A stretch of DNA of 64,000 nt, taken from an uncultured Bacteriovoracaceae bacterium (GTDB lineage: Bacteria; Bdellovibrionota; UBA1018). The stretch is taken from positions 3,059 to 67,058 of the forward strand of contig CAYHPW010000006.1 in NCBI GenBank assembly GCA_964358645.1, given 5' to 3'. This document shows positions 9,919 through 20,017 of this stretch, piece after piece. The position numbers and the translations under genes are program-made. Below the pieces are notes generated by a model. It made no database searches. It had not been told where the DNA came from and worked only from the letters and a program-made list of their open reading frames with translations. How positions within the stretch are numbered: the stretch's first letter is position 1; every line of letters starts with the position of its first letter.

Positions 9919-10509
9919 GTGGATGAATTCGTATTAAAATTGGAAGCGGCATTAAAGCTGGAGATGCCATATTCCGAGCGCCCCAGCGCACCAAGTGGCA
10001 CACCAGCTGCTGTATTGATGCTTTTTGGTAGTGATGGGAAACTGGAATTACCATCACTTTTGCTGGTCAAGCGGACTGATTTGGTTGAAACACATAAGGG
10101 ACAAATGGCATTTCCTGGTGGGGTTATAGACAAGGAGGATGAAAGTCCGGTTGCAGCAGCACTGCGTGAAACGCATGAGGAAGTAGGTTTGAAGCCGTCA
10201 GATATTAATGTCATTGGGCAAATGCCGGGCATTTGGACAGTTACAGGTTTTTGGATAACGCCAGTGGTGGGATATCTTACACGACCATTGCAAGGGTTGG
10301 AAATAATAACCAATCCTGTTGAAGTTGCCGAAACGGTATGGATACCGCTGTCGGTGTTGATGGAAGATGGTATTTATCGTTCTGAGAACCTCGCCATACG
10401 AGGCAAGAATTACGTGATACATTCATACCGGGTTAAAAATTATTTTATTTGGGGTGCAACGGGAGCAATTATTAAAAACATGCTCGATCGATTGCATGCT
10501 TTGCGGTAA
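9919..10509 (+). CDS. Nudix hydrolase (CoA pyrophosphatase NudL-like)
   Basis: Nudix box GGVIDKEDESPVAAALRETHEEVGL. Confidence 0.8.
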   Translation: MDEFVLKLEAALKLEMPYSERPSAPSGTPAAVLMLFGSDGKLELPSLLLVKRTDLVETHKGQMAFPGGVIDKEDESPVAAALRETHEEVGLKPSDINVIGQMPGIWTVTGFWITPVVGYLTRPLQGLEIITNPVEVAETVWIPLSVLMEDGIYRSENLAIRGKNYVIHSYRVKNYFIWGATGAIIKNMLDRLHALR

Positions 10510-10518
10510 ATTTACTCA

Positions 10519-11019
10519 ATGAGAAAACTTTTATCAGTGTTGTTTGTGATGTCGGTTGTCATAACCTTTCCAATTGCTTTTGCTGAGGATTGGAAGGGGG
10601 CGGACGACGGAGCTGAATTCCATCTTGGCGCATTGACTGGTATTGGTGTCGTGGATTCATCAGGAGGGTTTGCAATACTCGCCAGCGGGGCCAAGAAAAT
10701 CATAAGAAACGGATTTGTTCCCGATATCAACAACTCGGTGCTTATCGAGATGGAATTGGGTCCTATGTTTGTTTCCAAGGGTACTCCTTTTTTCTATAGT
10801 ACGCATCTGAGATGGGATTTCACAAAAGATAGCCAATGGATTTTTTTTGCCATTGGCGGTGTCGCCGGTCATATAACCGGGTCGGGATTGGGTAGCCGCT
10901 TTTTGCTTTTTCCACGCTTTGGGGTAGGGGCGCTTTGGGGTGTGGCAGAGACTTTTTTGGTGCGCGCGGAACTCAGCCATGAGTTGATTGCCGCAGGGGT
11001 TTTGTTTCCACTGTACTAA
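10519..11019 (+). CDS. Hypothetical secreted/outer-membrane protein
   Basis: Signal peptide MRKLLSVLFVMSVVITFPIAFA. Glycine/aromatic-rich with a C-terminal aromatic residue. No recognisable domain. Confidence 0.45.
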   Translation: MRKLLSVLFVMSVVITFPIAFAEDWKGADDGAEFHLGALTGIGVVDSSGGFAILASGAKKIIRNGFVPDINNSVLIEMELGPMFVSKGTPFFYSTHLRWDFTKDSQWIFFAIGGVAGHITGSGLGSRFLLFPRFGVGALWGVAETFLVRAELSHELIAAGVLFPLY

Positions 11020-11036
11020 AGGTGGTGTGTTGGTCT

Positions 11037-12017
11037 TTACTTTGCCGCCGACACGCCAAGCTGGTTGCGGTTAAAGGCCACGTATGCGCCGCCGATCAGG
11101 CCAGAGCGGTTTTCTAGCGATGATGTCGTCAGTCCTGGCATAAGGTCAGGTGAGGCGCGCCTTCTGATAAGCATTTTTTCAAGATGAGCCGAAGTTTTTT
11201 CAATGAACAGATCTGATGCATTTGCAAAGCTTCCGGCAAATATGACTATCTCTGGCGCGTAAATCACTACGTAATTATGTATGGCAATCGCCATCATCAG
11301 TGCATATTCTTCAAAGGCGGCTAGTGCGCTTTTATCGTGTTGGCGGGCAAGAGCAGCTATTTCCTCCGCTGAAAGTTCCTTTATCATGAACTTAGTGCTT
11401 GCGCGTTTGCCGAAATTACGTCCTGAAAGATAAGCTTCAGCGCAGCCGAAGTTCCCGCAACCACATGGAGCAGACTTGTCGCCATGATTTATGATCAGAT
11501 GCCCGGCTTCTGGGTGAAGGCCGCGCCCGGCCCTTACAAGCGAATCGTTGCATATGATTCCGGTTCCGAGGCCTGTACCTAGCGTCAATATCATGGCATT
11601 TTTATATTTTCTTGCGCTTCCAACCCAATGTTCCGCTAGAATGGCCGCAGCGGCGTCGTTTTCCAAAAAAACCTGGCGTTTCAATTTTTTTTTCAATATG
11701 CCGGCTAAATGTACTTTTCCCCATGTCCCTGTTTTACTCGCGAAATTCGTGGGGTCTAGGAGCATTCCTTTCACTGGATCCAATGGACCTGCTGATGCCA
11801 CGCCAATGCGGTGGATTTTTGGATAGCGGTTTAGGAATTTTTTGCCGATTTCAACAAGCTGATTTATTACAGCCGTCTTGCCTTGTTCTAACGCCACTGG
11901 CACGCGTATCTCTTCAAGGATTCTGCCTTTGGAATTCATGACACCCGCCGCCACTTTTGTGCCACCAAGATCATATGCCAAAACATGTTCTGTGAAACGT
12001 GAGGCTTTATGAGCCAT
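11037..12017 (-). CDS. ROK-family sugar kinase (glucokinase/N-acetylglucosamine kinase-like)
   Basis: N-terminal LAYDLGGTKV ATP-binding motif and the ROK zinc motif CGCGNFGCAEAY. Confidence 0.85.
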   Translation of the reverse strand: MAHKASRFTEHVLAYDLGGTKVAAGVMNSKGRILEEIRVPVALEQGKTAVINQLVEIGKKFLNRYPKIHRIGVASAGPLDPVKGMLLDPTNFASKTGTWGKVHLAGILKKKLKRQVFLENDAAAAILAEHWVGSARKYKNAMILTLGTGLGTGIICNDSLVRAGRGLHPEAGHLIINHGDKSAPCGCGNFGCAEAYLSGRNFGKRASTKFMIKELSAEEIAALARQHDKSALAAFEEYALMMAIAIHNYVVIYAPEIVIFAGSFANASDLFIEKTSAHLEKMLIRRRASPDLMPGLTTSSLENRSGLIGGAYVAFNRNQLGVSAAK

Positions 12018-12025
12018 GAATCACC

Positions 12026-14581
12026 ATGTACCATAGTATTATGGAAAGCCTATCTAGAAGTTTTGGGAATACGCCCACTCATCGCATCCAAAAAATCAAA
12101 AAGAACTCTTCTATCGAAGCATCAAGCATTATACTGTTTGCCTTCGCTATATTCACGCTGTTTGCGCTGCTGACGTTCAGTCCATCGGATCCATCCATCT
12201 TCAGCAATGTAAAAGGCAATGCTGTAAATGCCTGCGGAAGAATCGGGGCATATCTTTCATCATTGGTTCTACAATGGTTTGGGATGGGCGCCTTTCTACT
12301 GCCAGCGGCATTTTTTTTCCTTGCAGCTGTAGTGCACAAGCGCGAGGGAGCTTGGCGTGTTATCAGTACGTTGGTTGCAATGTTTTTTACGGTTATGTCA
12401 CTTACGGTTTTTCTCAGTATCCAGTGGAAATACTGGCCGTACTCAGGAGCGCTGCTGTTGACAGGAGGTTTGCTGGGTACATGGGCTGCTGAATTATTGG
12501 TTCCCAATCTTAATTCCATAGGTGCATCAATCGCTTCATTGCTGGTTTTCTTTGTATCTCTTGCTTTATCTACGCCCATCAGTGTCGCCAGGGCTGGTGC
12601 TGTGGTTATCAAAGCCACGTGGGACGTCGTTTGGAGCTTATCCAAATATCTAACTTGGTGGATGATTAAGATGGTGGGGCTGGTATCAGTGCGTGTGAGC
12701 GATGTCACGATTCCACGTATTTCAAAACCAATCAGCAGATATTTTCAAGATTTTATTGGGCGTAGTTGGTGGAATTCTGGAGGGAACAAGCAAAGGATAG
12801 CTAGATCTGCTAATATTTCACCGCTTACGGATAAACCTTTCATAGGGTTAAATCCTGTACTGCCCGTACCCCCATCGGTGCAACTATCCATGAATGAATA
12901 TTGTGACAAGAAATTATCTATTGAAACTGCCAGTGAACCACTTATATTGCCGCGCTACCAAGGCGAGGCCAAGCCTATTGTGGCCACTGCCGAAAAAATG
13001 TCTAGCCGCATGGGGCGTGGAATAAGCGGGATAAGATGGAAACGCGGGCAATGGAAGCTCCCCACCCTAGAGTTCCTTCTGCAACCACCTAAGGTTGAAT
13101 CCTCCGTCGATCAGGAAAGACTTCTTGAAAATTCAAAAATATTAACGCAAAAATTCCTGGATTTTGGCATTGATGGCAGAGTGGTCGCTGTCCGACCTGG
13201 TCCGGTCATAACTTTATATGAGTTTAGTCCAGGTCCTGGCGTGAAGATTTCAAGGATAGCAGCATTGGCGGATGACCTTTCTATGGCTTTATCCGCGCAA
13301 AGCGTGAGGATTATAGCACCACTGCCTGGAAAATCCGTGGTAGGGATCGAGATTCCAAGTGAAAATCGCGAGATTGTATATCTGCGGGAATTTCTGCAAA
13401 GCCCAGAATTTTACAGTCCCAAAAACACTATCTCAGTTGTTATGGGCAAGGACACTAGCGGCGAGCCATATATTTCTGATTTAGCTAAGATGCCGCATCT
13501 GCTATGCGCAGGTCAGACTGGCGCTGGTAAGTCAGTGTTCATGAACAGCCTGATATGTTCGTTTGTATATCGTTTTACCCCAGATGAGCTTCGCATGATC
13601 CTGGTTGATCCGAAGTTTATTGAATTCAGGGCGTATCAAGATATCCCACATCTTTTGCTCCCCGTGGTGGATGACCCGAAACAGGCCAGTACTGCGCTAA
13701 AGTGGGCAGTGCGTGAGATGGAAAGGCGTTATAGGATTCTTGCAAAGATAGGCGTGAGGAATCTTCTGGCTTTCAATCAGAAAGTCGATGAAATGGGTGC
13801 CGATGTCGTTCATGATCTTTTGTTGTCCGAAGAGAATAACTCCGAATCGCCGGCCGCGGCGTCACAAGTTTATAATACTAATGCAGCAGATTGGATGGAG
13901 GCGTTTGAGCCGGATGAAACTGGAGCGCCTAAAGTAGGAAGGCTGCCATATATTGTTATCATTATTGATGAGCTAGCTGATTTGATGATGATTGCAAGAA
14001 AAGAAGTTGAAGTCTCCATAGCCCGCATAGCCCAGAAAGCACGAGCTGCAGGAATTCATCTTATTGTTGCCACGCAAAGGCCATCGACTGATGTGATAAC
14101 TGGGTTGATAAAAGCAAATTTACCTTCAAGAGTGTCATTTCAGCTTGCCAGTTACATTGATTCAAAAACGATACTCGACCGTGCGGGCGCTGAGCGGCTT
14201 GTTGGCCAAGGCGATATGCTTTTTAGCCCACCTGGGATGTCTCAAATAGTCAGGCTCCATGGAGCATACGTGGATGATGATGAGATATCTAAAATAACAT
14301 CTTTTCTGCGTGCGCAAGACAAGCCTCTTTATCGCAATGAGATATTGATCGAGGATGATGATTCTGAGGACTCTGAAGGTTTGAACGCTGACGAATTAGA
14401 CGAGCTTTTTGAAAATGCTGTTGAACTTGTTAAGAGTTCCGGCCATGCATCAGCCAGTTTCTTGCAGCGGCACCTTAAAATAGGCTATAACCGCGCTGCC
14501 AGGATGATCGAAACAATGGAAGCGCGCGGAATCGTTGGCCCTGCCGACGGTGCTCGCCCGCGTGAGGTGTTGTTGCCCTGA
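12026..14581 (+). CDS. ftsK: DNA translocase FtsK
   Basis: N-terminal polytopic membrane domain, Walker A (GQTGAGKSV), the FtsK/SpoIIIE motor, and the C-terminal gamma winged-helix (SASFLQRHLKIGYNRAARMIETMEARGIVGP). Confidence 0.92.
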   Translation: MYHSIMESLSRSFGNTPTHRIQKIKKNSSIEASSIILFAFAIFTLFALLTFSPSDPSIFSNVKGNAVNACGRIGAYLSSLVLQWFGMGAFLLPAAFFFLAAVVHKREGAWRVISTLVAMFFTVMSLTVFLSIQWKYWPYSGALLLTGGLLGTWAAELLVPNLNSIGASIASLLVFFVSLALSTPISVARAGAVVIKATWDVVWSLSKYLTWWMIKMVGLVSVRVSDVTIPRISKPISRYFQDFIGRSWWNSGGNKQRIARSANISPLTDKPFIGLNPVLPVPPSVQLSMNEYCDKKLSIETASEPLILPRYQGEAKPIVATAEKMSSRMGRGISGIRWKRGQWKLPTLEFLLQPPKVESSVDQERLLENSKILTQKFLDFGIDGRVVAVRPGPVITLYEFSPGPGVKISRIAALADDLSMALSAQSVRIIAPLPGKSVVGIEIPSENREIVYLREFLQSPEFYSPKNTISVVMGKDTSGEPYISDLAKMPHLLCAGQTGAGKSVFMNSLICSFVYRFTPDELRMILVDPKFIEFRAYQDIPHLLLPVVDDPKQASTALKWAVREMERRYRILAKIGVRNLLAFNQKVDEMGADVVHDLLLSEENNSESPAAASQVYNTNAADWMEAFEPDETGAPKVGRLPYIVIIIDELADLMMIARKEVEVSIARIAQKARAAGIHLIVATQRPSTDVITGLIKANLPSRVSFQLASYIDSKTILDRAGAERLVGQGDMLFSPPGMSQIVRLHGAYVDDDEISKITSFLRAQDKPLYRNEILIEDDDSEDSEGLNADELDELFENAVELVKSSGHASASFLQRHLKIGYNRAARMIETMEARGIVGPADGARPREVLLP

Positions 14582-14601
14582 GTTGTGTTTTATTACCTGG
14601 T

Positions 14602-14874
14602 TTGTTAGTTTTTTATTGGAAAAAAATGATTCAACTTATGTGTGCTGTTTTGATTTTGGGAATGACATGGCAGATAAGCGCTTTTGGTGATGAGCAAGAG
14701 CCGGAAATTCCGCAAGTCCAGCCAAGCGCTTCCCACAGACCGAAACTGAAAGGCAAGAAATCACGTGAAAAAGAAGTTGAAGGCACAGAAGCCCTCGACC
14801 GTTTTGAGGCAGACACCATTATTAAAAGCAAGTACCAATACAACGGGGAATATCTCGAAGTGGATCCGGATTAA
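14602..14874 (+). CDS. Small hypothetical secreted protein
   Basis: 90-aa ORF with a signal-like segment (MIQLMCAVLILGMTWQISAFG) followed by a charged region. It ends just before the inferred start of the CCA enzyme. Confidence 0.35.
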   Translation: MLVFYWKKMIQLMCAVLILGMTWQISAFGDEQEPEIPQVQPSASHRPKLKGKKSREKEVEGTEALDRFEADTIIKSKYQYNGEYLEVDPD

Positions 14875-14905
14875 CCGCCCATTTCCGCTACCACAGCCTG
14901 TTAAG

Positions 14906-16216
14906 TTGGCGTTGCAGCGTCTGGATGAAGCAGGGTATGTGGCTTACGTTGTGGGTGGCAGTGTCCGTGATTTTTTACTTGGACGTGAATCCAAAGACCA
15001 CGATATTGCAACCGGTGCTCGCCCGGATGAACTTTGTAATTTGTTTCCAGAGGCTGTCACTGTCGGTAAGCAGTTCGGTGTTATAAAAGTGCCTATACAA
15101 GAGGAAGGCGGACCTCCGGAAATGATCGAGATCGCCACCTTCCGTGAGGATCTAGATTACCAGGATTACAGGCATCCCAAAAGTGTCCGTTTTTCCGGGC
15201 CGGTTGAGGACGCCAGGCGGCGTGATTTTACGATCAATGCACTTTTTTATGATTTTAAGACATCAAGGATATTTGATCCTACGGGTGGAATGCAGGATTT
15301 AAGAAAAAAAATTATCAGAGCAATCGGCAATCCAGTGGACAGATTTAAAGAAGATGCGCTTCGGTTGCTTCGCGCGGTGAGATTTGCAGGTGCAATTGAT
15401 TTTAAGATCGAACAGTCCACGTTTGAGGCAATTAAGTTTAAGGCACGTCTTATTAAACATGTCAGTTCTGAGCGCATACGCGATGAGCTGACGCTTATAT
15501 GGACAGGGCCAAAGCCAGCAATGGTTCTAGAATTAATGTCTGAAGTTGGTCTTCTCAGCTATGTATTACCGGAACTTGAAGCGACCAAAGGTGTTGAGCA
15601 GTCCCCCGTTCATCACCCTGAGGGTGGAGTTTGGGAGCACACTATTAAAATTATGCAATGTCTCGTTGAGCAAAATCAGGCCAGATCACCGGCTCTTTCA
15701 TGGGCCACATTGCTTCATGATGTCGGTAAACCCGCCGCTTATTTGCGGAGTAATAAGCAAAACTTCAACGGCCATGAGGCGGATGGGGCTAAGATCGCAC
15801 ATGATATAGTTGTTAGGTTGAGAATGCCTGGCGCTGAGTGCGAGAAGATAGTTGCGATGATTTCCGACCACCTAAAATTTAAAGACGCATTCCAGATGCG
15901 TGAATCAACTCTGCAACGGTTTATAAGGCAGCCATATTTTGAAGATCTTCTTGCACTTCATAAAGCAGATGCTTTGTCGTCCGATGGCAATCTGGCGCAT
16001 TTTGAATTTTGTAAGTCGATGTTTGATCAGTTAAAGAAATTGCCGCATATTCAGCCACCAAAGCATATTAGTGGCGATGACCTGATCCAGCTTGGTTTTA
16101 CCCCGGGGCCTCAGTTTGCAAAGATATTAAGAGAAATTGAGGATCTGGCGTTGGAGGGACAAATCACGTCAAAGGAACAAGCTTTGGAATATGTAATGAA
16201 GATGTTCGTAAAATAG
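14906..16216 (+). CDS. cca: CCA-adding tRNA nucleotidyltransferase / poly(A) polymerase family with HD domain
   Basis: Head-domain motif GGSVRDFLLG...DHDIAT and the HD motif (LLHDVGKP). The ORF is open from 14765, but the conserved N-terminus begins around 14906-14939 (TTG/GTG starts), so the exact start is uncertain. Confidence 0.8.
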   Translation: MALQRLDEAGYVAYVVGGSVRDFLLGRESKDHDIATGARPDELCNLFPEAVTVGKQFGVIKVPIQEEGGPPEMIEIATFREDLDYQDYRHPKSVRFSGPVEDARRRDFTINALFYDFKTSRIFDPTGGMQDLRKKIIRAIGNPVDRFKEDALRLLRAVRFAGAIDFKIEQSTFEAIKFKARLIKHVSSERIRDELTLIWTGPKPAMVLELMSEVGLLSYVLPELEATKGVEQSPVHHPEGGVWEHTIKIMQCLVEQNQARSPALSWATLLHDVGKPAAYLRSNKQNFNGHEADGAKIAHDIVVRLRMPGAECEKIVAMISDHLKFKDAFQMRESTLQRFIRQPYFEDLLALHKADALSSDGNLAHFEFCKSMFDQLKKLPHIQPPKHISGDDLIQLGFTPGPQFAKILREIEDLALEGQITSKEQALEYVMKMFVK

Positions 16217-16226
16217 GGCATATCTC

Positions 16227-17762
16227 GTGTTACCTTTAAATTGGCTTGAGATAGCATTGATATCTAAATGGCTAGAAAGCAGTATTAAAGAAACCTGTGT
16301 CGAAAAGGTTTTTGTTCCGGAGAGGCGATTCTTTCCTGATGGATATTTGAAGGATGAGTGGGCGATCAGGTTTTCTGGCCGTCACCGCGAAGAGTCACGT
16401 ACTTTTATTTTTAGTGTGAGATCTGGTCATCCCTATATCGCCATTGCGTCTTTTTCACTTAGACCAGCTCAGCACGCTCTTAGATCCAGTTTTGGCCTTA
16501 TAATTAAGAAATACCTCGACCATGCAAAATTGCTAAGCATAAAACCTGTCACAAGGGAACGCATGACAATCATGTGGTTTTCATCACCTGCTCTTAAAAA
16601 TGACGAGTTACTTGGCCTTGTTATATCGCTTAAGCCATCAAGTCCCGAAGCGGTGTTGATTACTGCTGAAAATCACGAAAAAGAAGCCGGTAAATGGCCT
16701 ATTATTTGTTCCAGCAAAGCTATGCAAAAAGGCCCAAAGATTTTTAATTTACCAGATGGCTCAAGAGCGCCAGTGCAGCCGGCTATACGAAGCGAGCTTG
16801 GCAAGGATCCAAACATTTTATTTGCACAGTTTGAAAAATCACTTCAGGAGGAAGCTTTTCTCTTGCGGCTATCGTTTATCGAGAAAGAAGTGAACCTAAA
16901 GGAAAAGAAAATTATTTCTGGCTTTGCTCAGGCAAAAGCTGCTGTGGAAAGGACTAAGGCCGAACCTGATTGGGAATATTATGGAGATTTATTTAAGGGG
17001 TCGCTTCATAAGCTTGCCCATATAACTATGAATGAAAATGATAAAACAATTTGGGTTCGAAATCTTACAGACTTTAAAACTGATCAGGAAATTGAAATCC
17101 AATGTAATCCTCGGCTTTTACCAAAAGAACAGATGGAAGCATTCTATCATCAAGCCAAGAGAAAAAAGCGCAGACTTGAAGAAGCACTTAGCCGCGTATC
17201 AATGTTCGGGTCTGATCGCGATGAGATAGCGAAGCACAAATCGGAGCTTGCTTCAATCAATTCACTTTTTAAGGATTCTAATATTATTGATTGGGACAGA
17301 TTGGAAAAACTTCAGGACTTCTTTGTTAAATCAACGCATGACAAAAATCAGCAAAAATTATCCCATAGGGGATCGATAGGGAAAATATTTAGATCAGTTG
17401 ATGGGTTCACAATCATAGTTGGACGCAATAAAAATGAAAACATGGAGCTTACATTTAAATACGCCAAGGGCAATGATATGTGGTTGCACATACGTGGCCG
17501 CCCTGGCGCTCATGTGGTAATCATGCTTGATGGGAAGCGCTCAGCTTCGCTCCAGACGCTTCTTGATGCTGCTCAACTTGCTATCAGATACAGTGGTGGT
17601 GAAAAGCTAGGTAAGGTAGAGGTGGATTATACATTTATAAAATTTGTCAGGCGGATCAAGACTTTAAAAGAAGTCACGTATACGCAAAACAAAACTCTCC
17701 TGGTTGAATCTGACGTTGTTAGATTGAAAAGACTTTTAGAAACATCGGAAAGCAATGAATAA
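16227..17762 (+). CDS. NFACT-domain protein (FbpA/RqcH-like ribosome quality control family)
   Basis: C-terminal NFACT-R/DUF814 signature (DGFTIIVGRNKNENMELTFKYAKGNDMWLHIRGRPGAHVVI) with an upstream coiled-coil. Confidence 0.7.
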   Translation: MLPLNWLEIALISKWLESSIKETCVEKVFVPERRFFPDGYLKDEWAIRFSGRHREESRTFIFSVRSGHPYIAIASFSLRPAQHALRSSFGLIIKKYLDHAKLLSIKPVTRERMTIMWFSSPALKNDELLGLVISLKPSSPEAVLITAENHEKEAGKWPIICSSKAMQKGPKIFNLPDGSRAPVQPAIRSELGKDPNILFAQFEKSLQEEAFLLRLSFIEKEVNLKEKKIISGFAQAKAAVERTKAEPDWEYYGDLFKGSLHKLAHITMNENDKTIWVRNLTDFKTDQEIEIQCNPRLLPKEQMEAFYHQAKRKKRRLEEALSRVSMFGSDRDEIAKHKSELASINSLFKDSNIIDWDRLEKLQDFFVKSTHDKNQQKLSHRGSIGKIFRSVDGFTIIVGRNKNENMELTFKYAKGNDMWLHIRGRPGAHVVIMLDGKRSASLQTLLDAAQLAIRYSGGEKLGKVEVDYTFIKFVRRIKTLKEVTYTQNKTLLVESDVVRLKRLLETSESNE

Positions 17763-18063
17763 GCACTGGCTTAAGCAAGTTGATAACGGCATAGTATTGC
17801 GAATAATCGTGCAGACCAAGGCTTCTAAAACAAAGGTAGTTGGCCTATATGGCGATCCACCTAGACTGAAAATAAAGGTAGCGGCGCCTCCTTTTGAAGG
17901 GCGTGCTAATGAAGTGCTGATCAAGTTTCTTTCGAAACTGTTAAATATGCCAGCAAGCCGGCTAGCATTTTTGCACGGCTTAAACTCTAGAATAAAAGAT
18001 GTACTTTGTGTTGGTGCTTCAGAGGATGAGATAGCTAGCGTGGTGGTTAAAAGTTTTTCATAA
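17755..18063 (+). CDS. DUF167 (YggU) family protein
   Basis: Pattern KIKVAAPPFEGRANEVLIKFLSKLL...SRIKDV is typical of YggU. Confidence 0.75.
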   Translation: MNKHWLKQVDNGIVLRIIVQTKASKTKVVGLYGDPPRLKIKVAAPPFEGRANEVLIKFLSKLLNMPASRLAFLHGLNSRIKDVLCVGASEDEIASVVVKSFS

Positions 18064-18111
18064 CCACTTACATAAATGCAAGCATCCACAAAAATGTGCT
18101 ATTAAACACTA

Positions 18112-19470
18112 ATGTCTGAAGGAAACAAGGTTATCTGGCGGCTGCGAGCCAGAGCTGATAAGCGTTTTAAGGCGGGGCATCCGTGGGTCTATTCAAATGA
18201 ACTGGCCTCTAGCCCCAAAGGGATTACCCCAGGGGAACCAGTAGAACTCAGGGATGCACATGGTAATTTTATGGCCTTTGGCTATGGGAACCCGCATTCC
18301 TTGATCACATTTCGAGAACTAACGCGAAATCAGGTTGAAAGTAATGCTGGTTCCATAGAAGCGGTATCAAAAGCTCTTGTCCGGGCTGGTGGATTACGGG
18401 CCAGGTTAGGGCTTATGCCTTTCAGTCATCGCCTATGTTTCGGTGAGGCCGATAATCTTCCTGGCCTAATCATAGATAGATATCGACTGGAGCATTCACA
18501 GGTTTTTGTCGTGCAAGCCCATACTGCGGGATCAAATAGGTGGATGCCTGATATTGAGAAGATTCTTTGCAATTATGTTGATGCGGCTTCGTCATTATAT
18601 GGCGACGAGCTCAGGTGGAATGAAACTGCAGTGATGACACGTAATGATTTGTCAGTGCGCAAGCTGGAAGGGTTAGAAGAGGAAAAGCCTATCTTATTAA
18701 AAGCAACTGACGGTATTGATATGGAAGGGCTGGAGCATATTAAGATACGCATCAAGCCATCATGTCATGAAATGTATAGTGGCGGTCAGAGCGAGATTTG
18801 GCTCTTTACAAATCTTGCTTCCGGACAAAAAACAGGATTCTTTCTTGATCAGGCCGCAAATATTGAAATGGTCATGAACAAATTAATATGCTCATCATGG
18901 CAAGCCGAGCACAAATCGCATACTATAAAAATATTAGATTTATGCTGTTACACAGGCCAGTGGGGAGCTAGGGTCGGCGGGATGTGTCGGCGCTTTGGAC
19001 TATCCACTGAAATTTTAGCTGTTGATGCATCATCTATGGCTTTGAATATCGCATATAAGAACGTCATAGCTTTTGGGGCTAACTGTTCTGTACAGCGTGG
19101 TGATGTGCTTAAGGACCTGTATTCGTTACCTGATAGAGCATTTGATATAGTTATTTCTGACCCTCCAGCTTTTATAAAAAGTGGCAAAGATATACATGTC
19201 GGCAAGCATGCATATCTGCAGCTTAATACACAGGTGATGAGAGTAGTTAAGGCGGGGGGTATGGTTATAAGCAGCTCATGTTCATCGCTGTTTAGTGAGG
19301 AAGATTTTTTATCAGTTTTGGGGAAGGCAGCGTACAGGAACCAAAGAGTTGTGCAATGGATCGGACGTGGCGCTCAAGCCCCTGATCATCCAATATTGGC
19401 TGGATTTCAAGAAGGTCGCTACCTTAAATGTTGGGTAGGGTTCGCAAAATGCAATAATTATGATTGCTAA
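18112..19470 (+). CDS. rlmI: 23S rRNA m5C1962 methyltransferase RlmI-like (PUA + class I SAM MTase)
   Basis: N-terminal GHPWVYSNEL signature, a PUA-like region, and the C-terminal SAM-MTase motif LDLCCYTGQWG...DPPAF. Confidence 0.8.
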   Translation: MSEGNKVIWRLRARADKRFKAGHPWVYSNELASSPKGITPGEPVELRDAHGNFMAFGYGNPHSLITFRELTRNQVESNAGSIEAVSKALVRAGGLRARLGLMPFSHRLCFGEADNLPGLIIDRYRLEHSQVFVVQAHTAGSNRWMPDIEKILCNYVDAASSLYGDELRWNETAVMTRNDLSVRKLEGLEEEKPILLKATDGIDMEGLEHIKIRIKPSCHEMYSGGQSEIWLFTNLASGQKTGFFLDQAANIEMVMNKLICSSWQAEHKSHTIKILDLCCYTGQWGARVGGMCRRFGLSTEILAVDASSMALNIAYKNVIAFGANCSVQRGDVLKDLYSLPDRAFDIVISDPPAFIKSGKDIHVGKHAYLQLNTQVMRVVKAGGMVISSSCSSLFSEEDFLSVLGKAAYRNQRVVQWIGRGAQAPDHPILAGFQEGRYLKCWVGFAKCNNYDC

Positions 19471-19594
19471 TAGTGCATAGTTAACAAGAACTGTAGCCAT
19501 AAAGGTAATCTTTCCTGAAATTAAGCAGGCATATCTATTGCTTTCAATCCTGCGGCTTTCATTTCTTAACGGGTTCGCAGGAGGAACAGCAAAA

Positions 19595-20017
19595 ATGAAA
19601 AATATCACGAATTTGATTTTTGGGGCGGTGTCGATGAGCATGATGTTTTGTGGCTTAATGGCATCGGATGCCAAAGCACTGGTTTATGAAGATGGGACTG
19701 TCATCGGCAAGGTCACTTTCGAGAAAAGGACAACGATTGTACCTTTGTCTATTTGTGAGCAGGGGCAGATATGCCCCAAGCCACAGATTTATTGGAGTGT
19801 CATGGTTCATTCAAATGGCGTTCGTTATGAGATTGACGAGGTTTTTGGGCTGGGGAACTTTAAAGCGCCAGAATATGTTGAGCTTACGGGAGTTGTGATA
19901 AAGCCTGGTTGTCAAGTGGCTCTGGTCGGTCGTGTCGAGCCTATCACTAAGGACTATGTCATAGTGTCAGATATAAAGCAGGCAATGGTTCTTAACGAAG
20001 GGTGCGAGGTCAAATAA
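19595..20017 (+). CDS. Hypothetical secreted cysteine-containing protein
   Basis: A GGAGG ribosome-binding site lies 8 nt upstream of the ATG at 19595. Signal peptide MKNITNLIFGAVSMSMMFCGLMASDAKA. No domain recognised. Confidence 0.5.
   Translation: MKNITNLIFGAVSMSMMFCGLMASDAKALVYEDGTVIGKVTFEKRTTIVPLSICEQGQICPKPQIYWSVMVHSNGVRYEIDEVFGLGNFKAPEYVELTGVVIKPGCQVALVGRVEPITKDYVIVSDIKQAMVLNEGCEVK

Noticed and set aside
14765-14905. Long N-terminal extension of the CCA-enzyme ORF (start at 14765)
   Set aside because: It overlaps a plausible small secreted-protein ORF in another frame. The extension lacks similarity to the nucleotidyltransferase head domain, which begins around residue 50 of the long ORF. 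A TTG/GTG start near 14906-14939 is more consistent.
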